Positions 14,407 through 29,687 are shown, numbered from the stretch's first letter. The stretch is 64,000 nucleotides of DNA from Monocercomonoides exilis PA203 (GCA_001643675.2 LSRY02000017.1:1364001-1428000), one strand, 5' to 3'. A program made the numbers and translations. Notes: generated by a model not told the origin, from the sequence alone.

Positions 14407-14938
14407 TGCTTCTGTATATTGAAGAACGCCTTTTTCAAAATAACCGTTAAGATCATAAAACATAATCAGAAAAAATATCAAATTGAGAAAATTATCAGAT
14501 AGTTTTTTATTTACAATTTCAAGTGAAAGTTAGTTTACGCATCTTTATTTTGAATGAAAAAATAAATATGACATTGGTGTTTTTTTTTGTGAGTGTCAAA
14601 ATTTTCAAAAATTGAATAGACGCTATTTTTTGAGTCAGTAATATTGAAATCAAAAAAATAATTGCACTGCAACTTATTGATTATATTTATATTCATAACC
14701 AACAAACGTTTTATCAGACTTCCAATAAGAGATGAATTCTTTGAATGATAACAAAAAACATGTTATGCCACATGCAATGCGATATTTTGTCAATACACGT
14801 TCAAAAATGAATTATAATAATTCATGCTTTTGGAAAAAAAATTAATGCTCATAATTTTCTTGATTTTTAGAATTATTTCTCTTTTGACATACATCAAGAA
14901 ACAAATAATGTTATGGGCAGTTTATTGAAAAATTCTCG

Positions 14939-17900
14939 ATGGGTGTTAAGCATTTGTGGGATTTGCTTCGTCTTGCTCGTAAGCCGATCAATCTTCCTGC
15001 ACTTGCAAACAAACACCTCGCTGTAGATACGTCAATATGGCTTTCTGCCTTTATGCATGCACTTCAAGATAAATCTGGGTCAATATCGCCTCATGCACAT
15101 CTTATAGGTTTCATATTTCATTTTTTTGAATAAACATTTCATATTTAAGAAAGGGTTATATCATAGGATTCATCGCCTTTTATCATTAAACATTAAGCCA
15201 CTTTTTGTTTTTGATGGTCCCACTGTGCCTTTGAAACGAAGAATACTAGTTTGTAGCAGATTTCACAGTTTCATTAATCTATTTCAATAACTAGATGGAA
15301 CGAAGGGCACGTAGGAAATCTGCAAAGCAGCATCACGATGAATTGAAGTATCAATTGTTAAAAGAAAAGCTCAGAAGCATAATTTTACAGGAGCAATCTG
15401 GAAAACAGCCACTGATTTCCGCGAAAGATTCAGAAGAAGTTTCACTGAATTCATTCATTCATCAGCTCGATGATTCAATTGATGACGATGCTTTGAAAAA
15501 CAAAAGTGAGGAGGATATGTGTGAAATTGAAGAAAATTCAGATTTTGCTGAAAAAGAAGAAGCTTCATCAGAAAGTCAAGACTCTGAAGAAATTGCTGAA
15601 GATGATTTTATTGACAAACTGCTTCACTTTCAAAAGAAAATTGAAAACGAAAGAGAGGAAGAGCAAAGAAGGATGAAAGACAAATTCAGAGCGATTGATG
15701 AAGTTAAACGAAAAAAAGCGACAAAAAGAAAGTTTACAGAACTATTGGGAATTTCAAGCGATGATGAAAACGATGTATTTGGAGAAGATCCTCTGAACAT
15801 TTTGTCAGACTCAACAGATAACGAAGATGCAAATGATGAATCCAATCAAGGCAAAGAGCCAGAAATTGCAAGTATGCTCGATGAAATTTTCTTGAAGGCT
15901 TTGACTGCTCCACAGCCTGCTTTTCAAAGCGGATTTGAGGTCAATCCTGCTCCATATCATCCACCTTTGGGTACGAAAACATCTCTTTTCGAAATGAGCA
16001 AAGCAAATTCCACAGTGACATCTAAGCCAACCCGAGTCATTTCATCTCTTTCAGAGGAACTATCAACAACTATTCCAAGAAATGTCCAGTCAGACAACCG
16101 AATTCAAGCAAATAGAAAAGATAACCGCTTGCATTCATCAAACTATTTTCCATGGGAATCAGGTTTTACTAAAGAAAAACAGCAGAGTAAACCAGAGCAA
16201 CGCACTCAACAGGCGCAACAAGAAGCTCCAGAACAACAACAAAAAGAGCATTTATCTCTGTTTGACGAAAACGACGCAGATGTGATTGTTGACTCTGATG
16301 CTTCTTTTTTTTCAAATCTTTCAAATAAAAAGCAAAATGACATTACTTCCAGTTCTTTGCAAGCACAACCTTATAACTATTTTGCAAATGCAACTCAACA
16401 TTCACTTCCAGTTAGCTTGAACAGTTCAACCTCTTTAAACTCTTTTTCACATTCCGATTTCACTTTTCCTATTGTGCACAACGAAAGCATTCTTTTTCAC
16501 AACGATGACTCAGTTTTGCATTCATTTATCAATCAATCACAAAGTTTAACTTCTGCTTCAAACTTACAGTTACCAAGCAAAAATATTAAGGAAAATGCGA
16601 TTAATTTAATCGAAGAAAGCAAACAACAAAGCGAAAAACATACAGCTTTTGGAGCAAATGAAGTGCTTTCGTCAAAGCCAGATGTACAAATATTATCAAT
16701 TGATGATAAATGTTTTAAAGAGAAATTGAACATGAAGAATCAATCTGATTCAATAAATTCCCCAATTCCAGTTCCTCTAACTGAATCAAAGGGAAATCAC
16801 GATGCTGATGCATCATTAAAATCTCAATTTCCAATGCAAGAGATTGAATCAAAATCTTCAATAGAAACGAAGACAATAACAATAGAAAAGAAAATTGCTT
16901 CAGAAGAAAAGGAGGCTGTTGTTTCTGTGCAAAGTGACGCGGACGGGCTGCATAGTGTCAGCGAAACAATTAATTCATTGATAAAAGATGAACTGAAAAC
17001 TGATGAAAAAGAGGAAAAACAGCACACGAAAGAACTTGATGATGACTTAACAATTGATCTCGCTTCAACATCACATTCACCAGCGGAAAATGTTTCCTTT
17101 AAAAGCAATACTTGCGATATTTCTGATATTTCAGTTGAAAAACAGGATTCAACACAATCTAAAAGCCCAATAATTACCAATGAAATAATGAAAAAAGATG
17201 TTTGCATTACTGCATCATCTGAACCAGTGATATTGTCAACAAAAGCTGAATCAATAAAAGTTCAAGATGCTACAGAAACAATACCTGAAACTTCATCAAA
17301 TGCTCAAACTGAAGATATTTCAAATTCGCCAATTAGTTGTTCTTCTTCACCACACCTTCTTGATTCACCACTTGTTTTACTGGATGAACACTCACCACCT
17401 TCTTCACATTCTCCAAGTGAACAGCAAAATGAACCGATAGTCATCACATCCAATCCTCAATCACCACTTTCTCCTTCTCCGCCATCTTCTGCTCCAATGT
17501 CACCAGCCACAAAGCGATTCCTGTCTGAAGATGTCTCTGCCTCAATAAATGACTATCTGGAGACCGAAAGCAAGAGAATCAGCAAAGTGGAGCAAACGCT
17601 TCAGGAAAAGATTGGGCATGCATCAAGAGATGCTGCTATGCTGCCTGAGAATGCAATGTGTGTATTGTTGAATGAAAGAATTGAAATAGAGATAATTTTG
17701 TGAGTTTTGAAAGATTCATAATGAAAATTTGACTCATATATTATTGATAGATTTATTTATTTGATGAAAATATTGATTATTTCTTCTTTTTCAATCAAAA
17801 ATTTCTTTTGCAAAAAAATATGTTTCTTTGACTTTATTTTTCTGTTATTAACAATAACCAGAGCTGAGTGCCAGCATCTTCTCAGCTTGTTTGGCATTCC

Positions 17901-20025
17901 ATTTGTCACATCTGCCGGAGAGGCTGAGGCGTGTTGTGTCCAACTGGAGAGAGAAGGAGTAGTCGATGGCATTGTGAGTGAAGATAGCGATTGCTTCCCA
18001 TTCGGAGCTCATCTTGTGATCAGAGGCCTTTTGACAGGTGGTGAAGAGGTTTGTGTTTTTGATTCTGATTTGAAATGTTTTGCTGGCATGTCAATGTGAG
18101 CAAAAAATTTTGATTTGTAAGAAATTCTTGAATTATTTCTTTGATTGTTTTTTTGTTCTAATTTTTTTGTTCTTTTTCATCGAAATCTGATTCTCATTTT
18201 TTGCACAATTAACTTTTTTTCTTATAATTGCTGACTTTTGTGTGTCCAACATAGGATGGAATATATGCTTATTCATCGCGTGATATTGAAGACTTGCTTG
18301 GATTGAACCAACACGACATCATTGATCTCTCTCAACTGATGGGATGTGATTATTCTGAGGGCATCAAAGGAATAGGAAAAATGAAAGGTTTGATTCATGG
18401 AAAAGATATTTGTATACGAGAAATATAATTCTTTACTCTATTTTTTGTTATTATTGTTAAATTGTCATTATCTTTCTTGAATGTCAACAGCGTTGGAAGT
18501 TATCACAGGAATCAAACGTTATCAAGAAGCAAGCAGGAACAGCGGAGAAGATCCTTCAAAAGATCTTCCACCTCCTTTAACAATATTTACAGAATGGATA
18601 AAATGTTTGATCAAAAATTTGTGATTCCTCATTCATTATGTTATTTCTACAAATTTTATATTTCCTCATATTTTTATCCATTTCTCTCTTTTTGAATTGG
18701 TTTCTTTATTGGAATATTCGTTCTCTTTTAATCATTCTCGTTCTCATTCTCATTCTCATTCTCATTCAGCAAACCCAAATGAGCTTCATCCACTTGACGA
18801 TTTTATGCCACAATCCATTCACACACTGCGTAAATCGCTTTCACATTCCATTTCTCCTTTTTTCCCTTCGTTTGATGTCGAGGCAGCCTTTTTAAGGCCG
18901 CTTGCTCTGACAGATGCTGTCCAGGACGAAATAAAGCGGATGAAAGAGAAGAAAGAGAGAAAGATGAGACTTAGAGGATTGTCGGCTGATCGATCAAATG
19001 AAGAAACAAACAATCTATTTGGAGATGGCAATGATGAAGATGCACCAGAGAGTGGAATGCTGTCATTTTCAAGGATTCTGTCAAACGGGATGGAAGATGT
19101 GGAGAAGATTGGGCTGTATGCAGAGGTTAGCATGGGCATTGGCAGCTCTCGTGTTATTTCTGAGCTGATGCCAATTATAAAGAGAAGAGAAGATGCCAAA
19201 AAGAATAAGATGTACAATCAGACAACGTTGGATTTGTTTCTTGCTCCGCCTGTTTTCTTTGAAGCAGATGAAAAACCGAAAAAAGGCAGAAGAAGCAGTA
19301 AATCATCAAAGCAACAGGATAAAAGTTCAAAAGAAACGAACTCTCCAGCAAAAAAGAAAAAGAAAAGAAAAACATCAGAAAGATCAAAGAAGATTGTTCT
19401 AGATGATTCTGATGATTCTGAGAAAGATGAAGAAGTTGTTAATGTTGACGTTGAAAAGGAAATATCAAATGAATATGCAAAGGATAATGAAACTGGCATT
19501 GACAACAGTCCAAAAGAAGGAAAACGTCCTTCGAGGAATTCAAGGCCAAGGAGAGCAACAAGAGGGAGAATAAAAGGAAGGAAAAGAATGATAGAAGAAA
19601 GCGACTTTTTTGAAAGCTCATCAGAAATTGATGAAGCACTTGATAAAGATTATGTGGAGGAAGCAAACAATGAGAAGAAGTTGGACGATTCAGATGCCTT
19701 CGAAGAAAATGGGAATGAAGAAGATGATGAAGAGTCTGATGAAAGCATTGAATGGTCACCTAAATTGCAAAGGAGGAAAAAGAAACCTTCGAAAAGGAAG
19801 CGGAAAAGCAGTCATTCACCTGTTCAGGATGAGAAGCCTGTTGATAAAAGCAAAGAAGAAGAAGGAGATCAATTGAAAGAAGTCAAAGCGAATGATACAG
19901 CTGAAATAGATTGGGATGCCGAATTCGAAGAAGCCAAGTCTTTGGAAAAAGAAAAAGTTCCATTGAAAGAAAGAGAGAAGCAGCGTCTTCAGATTTTGTT
20001 CACCAAATTGAGAGAAGTTACTTGA
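14939..20025 (+). CDS. ERCC5: XPG/Rad2 structure-specific endonuclease, multi-exon
   Basis: N domain MGVKHLW...LAVDTSIWL and FVFDG; long acidic spacer; I domain EAEACC...SEDSDCFPFGA; H3TH LMGCDYSEGIKGIG (~18340); PIP-box-like QTTLDLF; basic NLS-rich tail. Confidence 0.9.
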
Positions 20026-20269
20026 AGAAATATTGTGTCTATTAATTTTTTTCTTTTTCTTTTAAAAACAACAAGAAAATTTACGCTTCTGTTTTTAATA
20101 AATGCTTATCTTTGAAATGACCAAGAAATTAAATTGTTAAATCCAAAAATACCAAAAAAATAAGATTCTAAAAAGAAAAAGCCAACAAAAATAACAAATT
20201 AAACAAAAATACACACATAAAAATAGAAAAATGTATCATTTAAAATAAAAAGCAGCTAACTTTATCTGT

Positions 20270-23200
20270 TCAAGGCGAGCTTCCGTCTCTTGGGCGGTAA
20301 GGCTGTGACATTTGGCTGACAGATTCAGAAGCTCTCGTAGAAGGTTTCCATTTGGTCGAAGAAATAGAAAAGCTCTGTGAAGAAGGCGAGTGTGAAGATG
20401 CTGGGCGAGATTGGACTTTCTTTATGTAATCGTCTACAGCTGGGTCTCCAGAGAGTGCTGATGGTTGCAGCGAGCTCAGAATAGACTGGGCGTTCATGCT
20501 TCGCTCAGAATATCGTGAAGACACACTTTGTGTGGGAGAAGCAGAACGAAGAGATATTCCACTACGTTGGAGGAGAATTGGATTCACAAATGTGATTGTG
20601 TCTTTCAGCGAGCGTAACTCTTTCGAGGCAGAAGCCAACTTTTTGTAGCGGTCTAAATTCGAAGGCGCAGGTGGCAAGCTCTGAGGAGTGCCATTTGCAA
20701 GCGTGATTTTTGGTTTGCCTGGCCGATTAATCACACCTGAAGAAGAAGAAGAAGAGGAGGAAGAAGAAGAAGTTGAAGGAGGAGGAGGGTTAGGAGGAGG
20801 AGGGGGAAGATGCGTAGTTTGCTGTTTCAGAGTAGGAGATGCAACTGGAGATGATGAAGGACGTGAATGAGAACGAGGAGAAGAATCGTCGCTGTCTGGA
20901 ATGAGAATGATGCTCGAAAGAATGCTGCCCTTTGGAGCATTAAAGGAGCTTTTTGAAGAGGCTGTTGATTTTTCAGAGGACGATAGAGAAGATGGGGTTT
21001 TGCGTTCAGGGGTAGAATTAACAGACTTATGGCTGGTAGATGACTGGCTTTGTGTGTTAGTCTTAGTTTTGTCGCGCTCTTCAGAAGACGGAGAAGTCAT
21101 TCTGGTTAAAGGCAATGAAGGAGAAGTCGAAGAGCGAGGCGAATGGACTGGCGAATGAGCAGGTGAGGGCAGAGAAGCAGATGTTGAATGAGAATTTTTT
21201 TCTGAAGAATTTGTTGAGGAACTTGCAGAAGCTGAGGAAGAAGAAGAAGAATTTGATGATGAAGATGCAGACCCCGAAGGGGACTGAGAAATATGAGGAG
21301 AAGCAGAACGTTTGCTTTGTGCTTTGCTGCTTGTTTCTGGTATAAGAATTGAAAGATCATCAAAAATAATCACATCGTCTTCGCTTTTCTTTCTTTGAGG
21401 ATATCTTTTTTCTGTCGGTGGCTTGCTTTCTTCTGAATGATGTTTGACTGGTGTTTTCGGCTGCTTTTCATTCTCTTTCGTTTCACTTCTACTGCTTCGT
21501 TGGGTCTCTTTTTCTTTTGTGCTTGTTTCAGGTTCAATCACAACCACTTTTTGTTCTGTTGTTTTTTCTTCAAGCAAAGAAGAATTCTTTGCGGAGTTAG
21601 CTGTTTTTAAACGAGGCAGTGAAAAAGTTGTGGTTTTTGTTTTTGTTTCAAGATCGATCACTTTTGGTTGTTGCGCTTTCGCTTCTTTTTTCGTTTCTTC
21701 TGCATTTTTATCTTCTCCTTTTTCATTTTCCACCACTTGAAAGTCCAGCTCGATTTCTGGTTCTTTGCTTTTGTCGTTTTTCTCTTCGTCAATTTTCACA
21801 AGTTCGATCAGATCCTTTTTCGCAGCTGTTTTCTTCGATGAAGATTTCCTCGGCTTTTTCAGTCGCAGAATCTCAACGTCTGCATCATCATCGTCTTTGA
21901 CAGGCTTCAGTCTTTTAAAGCGGTTCGTGTGTGATTTGTGCAAACGATCAGCGAGTGAGGGAGAAGTCGATGGAGAAGGAGACGGAGAAGGCGAAGTGTG
22001 AGTCTGTGAACGAGGTGAAGTAGGGTTTGCTTGCTGCTCTTGTTCTGATTGCATCTGAGACTGTGGTTGAGATTGGACTTGAGATTGTGATTGTGATTGT
22101 GACTGAGGCTGAGGCTGAGTCTGTGATTCTGTTGGCTTCTGGTGTTGTTGTGATGGCTGATTCTGAGTTGATTCAGATTGAACCTGAGCTGTTTCTTTGC
22201 TCTCAGAAATGTCACTTAAAATGTCAGGTATTGGCAAATGTGATTCGGGTTGTGTTTGAACGTCAGATGAATCAGAGGGCAGGGCAAGTGAAGATTTAAC
22301 TGTGGTAGTATCTGAAGTGGAAGAAGATGGCAACGAAGAAGATGATGAGGTTGATGTTGAAGATTCAGGAGTAGGCGAAGGAGAAGATGACGATGAACTT
22401 GATGATGATGATGAAGTTGGTTGTGCTGTTAATGAAACTGCTGATAAAGAAGAAAACGAAGGATGACGAGAAATAGAAGATTGTCTTCTCAGTAGAGAAG
22501 AAGACTGATGACGATAAGCAGAGTTTGTTGGAGAATACAAAGACAGCTTTGTTCGAGCAGACAGGGGAGATGTTAAGCGGAATGCCTTTTGGATAGGTGA
22601 CTTTGTGATTGGCGAGCGCGTTAGAGAAAGTTTCCTTTCGAGTTGAGGCGATTGCTCGTGCAATTTTGGAGGAACTGAAATCTTCTGCTGAGGAGCAAGC
22701 GCAGAAACAAGGAGAGGGATGAGAAGAGGGCTATGCGACGCCAGCAGCACTGTGATGGTTGCAAAGGGGGATAAGGCGCTTGTTTCCATAAAGTCCTCGC
22801 TCTGATCCTGTGTTAACAGATCACATAGAGATATTTCTTTTGCTGCTGCATCCTTTTGAGAAGGGCGGGGTGCTTGGTATTTCGTCTGCTTTTCTTTGAG
22901 CTGAATGAGCATCTGGTCAACTTCGTAGAAGTGGCTGAATGAAAGGGCATCGAGAATTAAGCGAAGAGTGTTCTGCTGGAAAACTGGCAGCATCTCCAAT
23001 GAATCACGAATGGTATTTGACTGTTGCTTGATTGGATTCTGATTGGAAGAAGGTTGAGACTCGGTTTGGACTTTATTTGCGGATGAAGCAGAGTTTGTCA
23101 TCTTTCCTTTGTCATCTCCAGCAGTCTGAACATTTGAGGAAGAGGGGCGTAACATCAGCACTTTTGAGACTGCTTTCAGTGATTGGTTCACATCTTCATA

Positions 23201-26200
23201 GAACACAGGGAAGAATGCTGAGCAAAGCTGGAGGAATGCTTCTGCCAGCTGCGACATTGCACTCACTCCGAAAGAGGAGAAAAGAGTGTTTCGATCAGCG
23301 TTTTTGAATGAGAAAGCAAGCGAAAGATTGACAATGAACTGGAAAGCAGCCCGTTGGAAATGAGATTTGTATGTTTCCTGAGAATCTGGCTCGTTTTCTT
23401 TTGCTTCGATTTCTCTCACTTCCTTTTTGCACTCCAGACATTCATACAGCTGCTTCTGTGCTGCAGGATTGCTGACAGCAGAACGGAGTGAATAAATAGA
23501 AGTTATGAGGGAGACAACAAAGAGGTGTGGGGTGTTATTGAACATGCCAAAAAGGGATATGATTTGCTGTGTTATTGCTTGGACTGGCAACTGACGCGAA
23601 GGAAAAGAGGGTAAAAGTTCAGTAAACGCAGAGAAGGAGAGGAAAGGCATAGAAAATGAAGAAAGAAGCAATAAAACAGGAGACGAATGCTGCGACAAGC
23701 CATCTGCCCAAACATTCCTCAGATGGGGCACATAAGCGAGCTGTTGTGTGAGAGAGGAGAGAAAAGAGGCAAAGAGATGATAAGAGGACAAAGCAGTGAC
23801 ATCCAACTCAAAATGCTGCTGGGACTGCAAGCAGATGACAAATGCTGCACAGAAAAAGACTAAATGAACAAGAACCTTCTGAAATGTGGAGTCGTTGAGC
23901 CCCATTTTTCTGATGAAAAACTGAAATTCTTTGAGAGAGGAAGACCAGAAGAGCGACTGAACTGAGTGCGGAAGCTGGAAAATGATTTGAACAATTCTGA
24001 ATGTTGCTTCAGGACTCCCCAAAAGATAGAACAATAGAGCTGGCTCAACTCTTCTCTCTTTCTGCTCATTCGGCTGATGGCTTGCTGGGCGGTGCTGATG
24101 AGAATCCTGATGCTGATGCTTCATATGCTTTACCAGCACAGAAGACTCAAAGGAAGGCGTGTACATTTCATCGTCGTCGTGTTCTCTGCTGTTGTACCTG
24201 CTCATTTTGAGAGCTGTTTGTGAAAGGAATTTCTCCATCCAGTTTGACAGGAGCTGTTCTCCTTGTCTGCCGCTGAATGAGACAGAGGACCACAGTTGTG
24301 CAAACCCATCGACAAGGAAGTTGGATGCTGCATCCATATCTTGTGCATCAAAAAGAGAAAGAGAAGAAGAGGAGGGAGAAGAAGAAGAAGAAGAAGCTGA
24401 TAAAGAAAGAGCAGGCAAGTCAGCAGAAAGGAATGTCTGCTCATTGGAAGCCGCCAGCTCATAGAAAGCAGGAGCCATCTGCAGAATCAATGCGAGGTGG
24501 AAGTCCGGTGCATATACAAGCAGCTGCTTTAGAGAATTCAGCAGTGCAGAAGAAACCGCACTGCTGCTCAAGTGTGGCGGTGGGGCAGAGCCGAGGGAGA
24601 TGGTTGTGATGAGGCTGACAGGATCGCCGGAGACAAGCAGCTCGAAGCAGAAGAAAGTTGGAGGCTCCAGTGAAAGCTTGAGGGAAAGAGGGCAGAACGG
24701 AGTGGATTCATTGGAGAAGGCCAAAATGCTGCAGATGCACTGGGAAAATGAAACGGGAGGAGAAAGGGCAGAAGAAGGAAGAGGAAGCGAAGACAAAGCT
24801 AAGGAGGAAGAGGAGGCAGAAGATTGCAGCATATCCAGAGCATTTGACTGCTCATTCGTGCAAAGAAGATCCAAAAGCTGTGAGATGGAGTCATAATGCC
24901 GAAACGATGAAGAAATCGTCTCGAGTGAAAGCTCGCTGTAGTTAACAGCATCTGTTGATGTCTTTGCCTCTGACACTTGTTCGTGGATGATAGCACGTGC
25001 ATTCATCGGGGTGGCAAAAGAAAGAGATGACAGAAAAGAAGAATTGAGCTGCATTTGAAGCATATTCATTGCGTCGCCCCACCAGTTGATGACACAGTCA
25101 GAAAGAGAAGAGAGCAGAGAAAGCATTCGAGTGGTTTTATCCTTCAGAACAGGAAGAGGAAGGGGAAATGGAGTGTATGAAGAGGGAAGAGAAGGAGCGT
25201 ATTGAGAAGAAGATTGGAAGAGAGTTGAATGGAGTGGAAGCACAACGCTCTCCCACTCACTTTGGAGAAGCTCAAGAAACAGGATGCGCTGAAGAAACGT
25301 TGTGGGCTTGTTGATTTTGACTGGATTTTTCGTTTTGTCCTCAAAATTATTCAATTGAAAAGGGGAAGATAAAGTTGAAAGGCACATAGCAGACAGGAAG
25401 GCGATGATGTTGATGTTCTGATCAGAATGAATGGAATGCATCAGCCTGGACAGAAACTCGTTGAATGAAGAGTAAGAAAACGAGGCCATTGGAAGAAAGC
25501 CTTCGGAGACGTAGGAGTTCAGTTCGTCGAGGAAGTTAGCAGTTTTTGAGGAGAGAAGAGTTTGGAGGAAGGAAGAAGAAGATGATGATGACGAAGATGA
25601 AGAAGAAGAAGAAGAAGATGATGATGATGAAAAAGGAGAAAATAATGTAACCACCGAGTTAATAAACAGAATAAGCACGCTGATTGTCCATATTTCGAAT
25701 GAAGCTGGTATCATTTCAGTGCGAAAGACGAGTGACACACACACACCAGAAAGACACCTTACAGTCTCTGCTGTCTGATTCAAAGGATCAGATGGCTTTA
25801 TTGTTGGCAGGGAAGAAAGCTTATCAACAAATGAGGCAATCAATTGGGATAGACGTGATTTGATGGAAGTTGTGGAGGAAGAGGAAGAAGAAGAAGAAGA
25901 TGAAGATGGTAGAATAGTAGAAGAAGCTGATGATGAAGATGATGATGAAGTGGAAGAAGGAGATGAAGTGGATAAAGAAGATGAAGATGAAGAAGGCAGC
26001 AGCCAGCCGAATGAAGTGAACAGATATGAATGAGGATGTGTTGTGTTTGAATGAGATGATGAATCATGAAGTTTCCATTGATCAGAATTGGAAGAAAGAG
26101 AAGAGGAGGATGAGGAAGAAGAAGAAGAAGAAGAAGAAGAAGAAGAAGAAGAGGAAACAGAATCAAGTTTTCGTGAAATGCATTGTTTAACCTTCAGAAT

Positions 26201-29200
26201 GTGCTGGTTGAGAATGGAAGGGAAAGCGTGGAGCTGGTTTGGCAGACACAGAGAAGGAGGAATAAGATCATTTGCAATCGTTCTGTGGATGATGCCGCTG
26301 TTCAGAGGAAGGCAAAAATGGTTGGGAGTGCTGAAATCAGGCAGATGTGCCAGCAAAGTCACTGGCTTGGGGAGGGACTGAGGAAAAGAGGAGAATATTT
26401 GTGTGGGCTGTGAAACTTCTGAAGAAGAGCTGTTTGTCGAATTTGCCTTCAAAGCGACTTCAAACGAAGGCATTTTGCGAGACAGATCGACAAACGAGAA
26501 GAGCTCGCTGAATGTCTCTAAAAGCGGTTTGTTTATGTTGTGTGCCTCTTTCTGTGGCTGAACAGAAGGAGATGGTTCATTTGTGGCTGAAGTGTTTGAT
26601 TTGGATGCGGATGCAGATTCCAAATCATTGACTGTCAATTTGAATTGGCTGTTTTTTTGCCTTTGGATGAAGCTCAGAATGACCTTGCTCGACTCATCTG
26701 GTGTTCTGAGTGACAGCAAAATCCGTCTTTTCCTCCCTTTGACTGAGCTTGTGCCGTCTTCAAGCGCCAATTCTCTTCTCAGCCGCTTGAGCGAATATTC
26801 CTTTTCTGCCTCTCCAGCCTTCAGCGTCTTCATCAGGCGCGACAGCTTCGAGCGGCTGCGTTTCAATTTTGTGTGCGGAAGAAGGGAAATGAATGAACTG
26901 GCTCCGTCTTTCTCTTCGTCCTCGTCCATATCAGCTTTTCGAGAGATGTGAAGAGATGCTTTTGACTCGCTTCCATGTTTGGCATTAGATTTAATTTGAG
27001 ATTCAGACGTTAAAAGACTCTCTTTCTTTCCATCCTTTTCTGTCTTCATGCTTTCTGCTCCTTCTGCTGCTTTCAATTTGAAGGCAGCGCGCTCTCCTTT
27101 GTCTTTTTCAGCAGCATAATCTCCCTTCCCAATCTGTTTTCTTTGAGCATCTTCCACATTTCTTGCATTTTTCCCTTTCTCATTCTCCTCTTCAGCATCC
27201 TCCTCTTCCTCGTCGTCTTCATCGTCCATCGAGTCATCAATGATTGGCGTCTCTTCTTCATCTGCACTTGCGCTGTGCAGAATGGTGTCCAAGTTGATTG
27301 CATCGTCAAGCCCATTCGCTGCCTTCAGCTCGTCGTCTGCCTCCATCGTCTCATAAAACACATCCGACTTCTCTCCTGCTCCTTTCGATGGCTCTGGCTC
27401 TTTGCCATGCTCCCCAATTGCACCCCGCTTCTGTTCAGAATCATCGCCGGGTGGTGCAGAAGAGTCTGTGTGTCCTTCATCCTTCAGCTTCAGCAGAGAA
27501 AACTCCTTCACTGCTCTCAGAATGATGTGGTGGGACGCATTGTGAGGAGCAAATGCAAAGATAAGCGAAGGCAAAACACGTTTTTTCAAGGCAAAAACAA
27601 ACGCGGATGTGATAGAAGCGCGCATGATGCCTGCGAGATGCCCTGCAACTGCTGGTGGGAGATGTGGTACAACAGCCACTGCCTTGTCTGTTGAAGACAC
27701 GAGCGATAGGTCGAAGGGAGGTACAGATCTGTTTGAGTACATGAAGTTGAGGAACGGCGAGTGCTGCAGATAGATCATGTCACACATGAGCCCCAGGATG
27801 GCAAAGCGCGGCACAACCAGCGGCACATTCGGCACAGGCACAACACGCCCTTGTGAGTCCAACATGCGTGCCACCACTTGCAGATCCAGCTCGTTGTTTC
27901 CGGCTGTTGGCGTGAAGAAGAACCAGTCGAAGCCAAGCGAGAATTCTGTGAAGGAGCACATCATGTTCATGCGCTTGATGTCTTCGGCACAGTCGCTCTC
28001 AGCCAGCGCTGTTTGGAACGAGGGGTCGCGGCGCATCAGCCGTTCAGCAGTGATCCCTTTGAACGAATACAGTGCAACCATCACCTGAGCTGTCAGTTGG
28101 TCTCTCCCAGTTATGTCGCGCTTCTTCTGCTGTGTCTCAAACGGGATGTGGAAGCAATGCGAGAGGAAGCGTATGACGTCGCAGCATATGTCTCCAAACA
28201 AGATGACAGACTCAGCCGCGACTGGAAGCGAGGATGCAACGATAAGTCCAACAGGATTGCCAAACGGAACACACGTTGGCGACATCTCCTTTGAGGCAGA
28301 GCTGACTCCGCTGGGTGAATGCCGCTTTTCCTGTGATGTGCCACCCACAATTGTCGCAGCAAGTGTTTGAACAAACATTCGAACGTAGAATTTCTGGCGG
28401 GAAGGTGGATTGTTAGGTACATGATTGAGCAGAAACTGGATGACAAGGAAAGTGTCAAATGGGATGCGACTGATAAGAAGGTCTATTGGAGTAGGTGTAG
28501 CCAGAAGAGACAGAAGCAGCGAGCGTGCCGGACATTTTCCGCAGTCTTCTTGCGGCTGGGTTGAGTTCACGAACTCGGTGAATGGAGGTGGCAAACTTTT
28601 GGTCGTTGGAGATGGTTCAGATGTTACCAGAAGGAAATGGAATATTTCGTGAATCAGGGGAACGTCGAGAACTCTAAGCATCACTCGCACCAAATCTCTT
28701 CCACTGCCCTCTACAAACAAACGCAAGTTTTGTTGGATAAATGACTCGTTCCACAGCTGTGAAATAACATCAATTATTTGTGTTCTGGTTCTTGAAATTT
28801 GATCTCTTTGAGGCCAATCATTGAACTGATGCAAGTAATCCGACAATGTTCGAATGAACGTGTAAAAGGCTACGCAAACAACTGATGCCTCGCTAAATAA
28901 TAGCTGCTTATGGCTTGTTAATAGAATAATGCACTGGGAAATATGTGTCATATTTCGAGTTGAAACATCCCCTGACCTAATACAACGCAAAATGCTAAGA
29001 ACTAATTGAAATGATTGTGGTATGTTCATTTCCATCAGCGATTGAATCAGAAAAAATATCTTCAAAGAACATTAAAAGAATCAACTAATCTAAACAAGAA
29101 TACTGCAGCTTTTGTATCCTCAAGAATTTGATGCCAGTGATAAAATAGTGCAAATAATTGTGTACATAAGTGATGATAACTGTCATTTTGAACCCTAAGA

Positions 29201-29687
29201 ATGCATTGGCTTACCTATCGAATAATAAAATCGAGTTTCAACACAATTACTTTGAATCACACTTTTTCCAGTGATATCTTATTTTGTGGACAGATTGCCG
29301 CATACAGCAGTCCGTTCATTATCATTTGATATTGCTGGGTGGATTCTTGAGCTTTTGAAATCAGTAAATCAAATAATCGACTATCACTAAAATCTGCAGT
29401 GAACTGTTTTAATGTTTCATATCCAGCTTTTAATTGCTGAACAGCATTGATTTTAATTTTTAAAAAAAAGCAGTTATTCAACCATTTTGAATCAGGAAAC
29501 CCCCAAATTTTCCCAATGGTTGATGTTTAATCAAATTATTATGGAGGGTAAAAGAAAACAAATAAAAGACCTGAGAAAAATAATGAGGTGCATCAGGAAT
29601 ATGTAATAAAAAAATGTTATCTGATGAATTCTGAGGAACAGATGATGATGATCGAAGAGAAGATTGATCATTCGAAAGTGCTTTCAT
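20270..29687 (-). CDS. INTS3: Integrator subunit 3 / SOSS-A homolog (~3,070 aa) with a very large low-complexity expansion; 4 exons, first intron 29570-29437
   Basis: Ordered motifs match the INTS3 N-terminus: IRSGDVSTRN (IAGGDVTAKN), AFYTFIR (AVYTYLR), GRDLVRVM (GRDLVRLL), CDVIRF (CDLIRY), FDWFFF (YDWLFF), KKRVL (EKRVL). Three upstream exons splice in frame into ORF 20270-29065. Confidence 0.8.
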
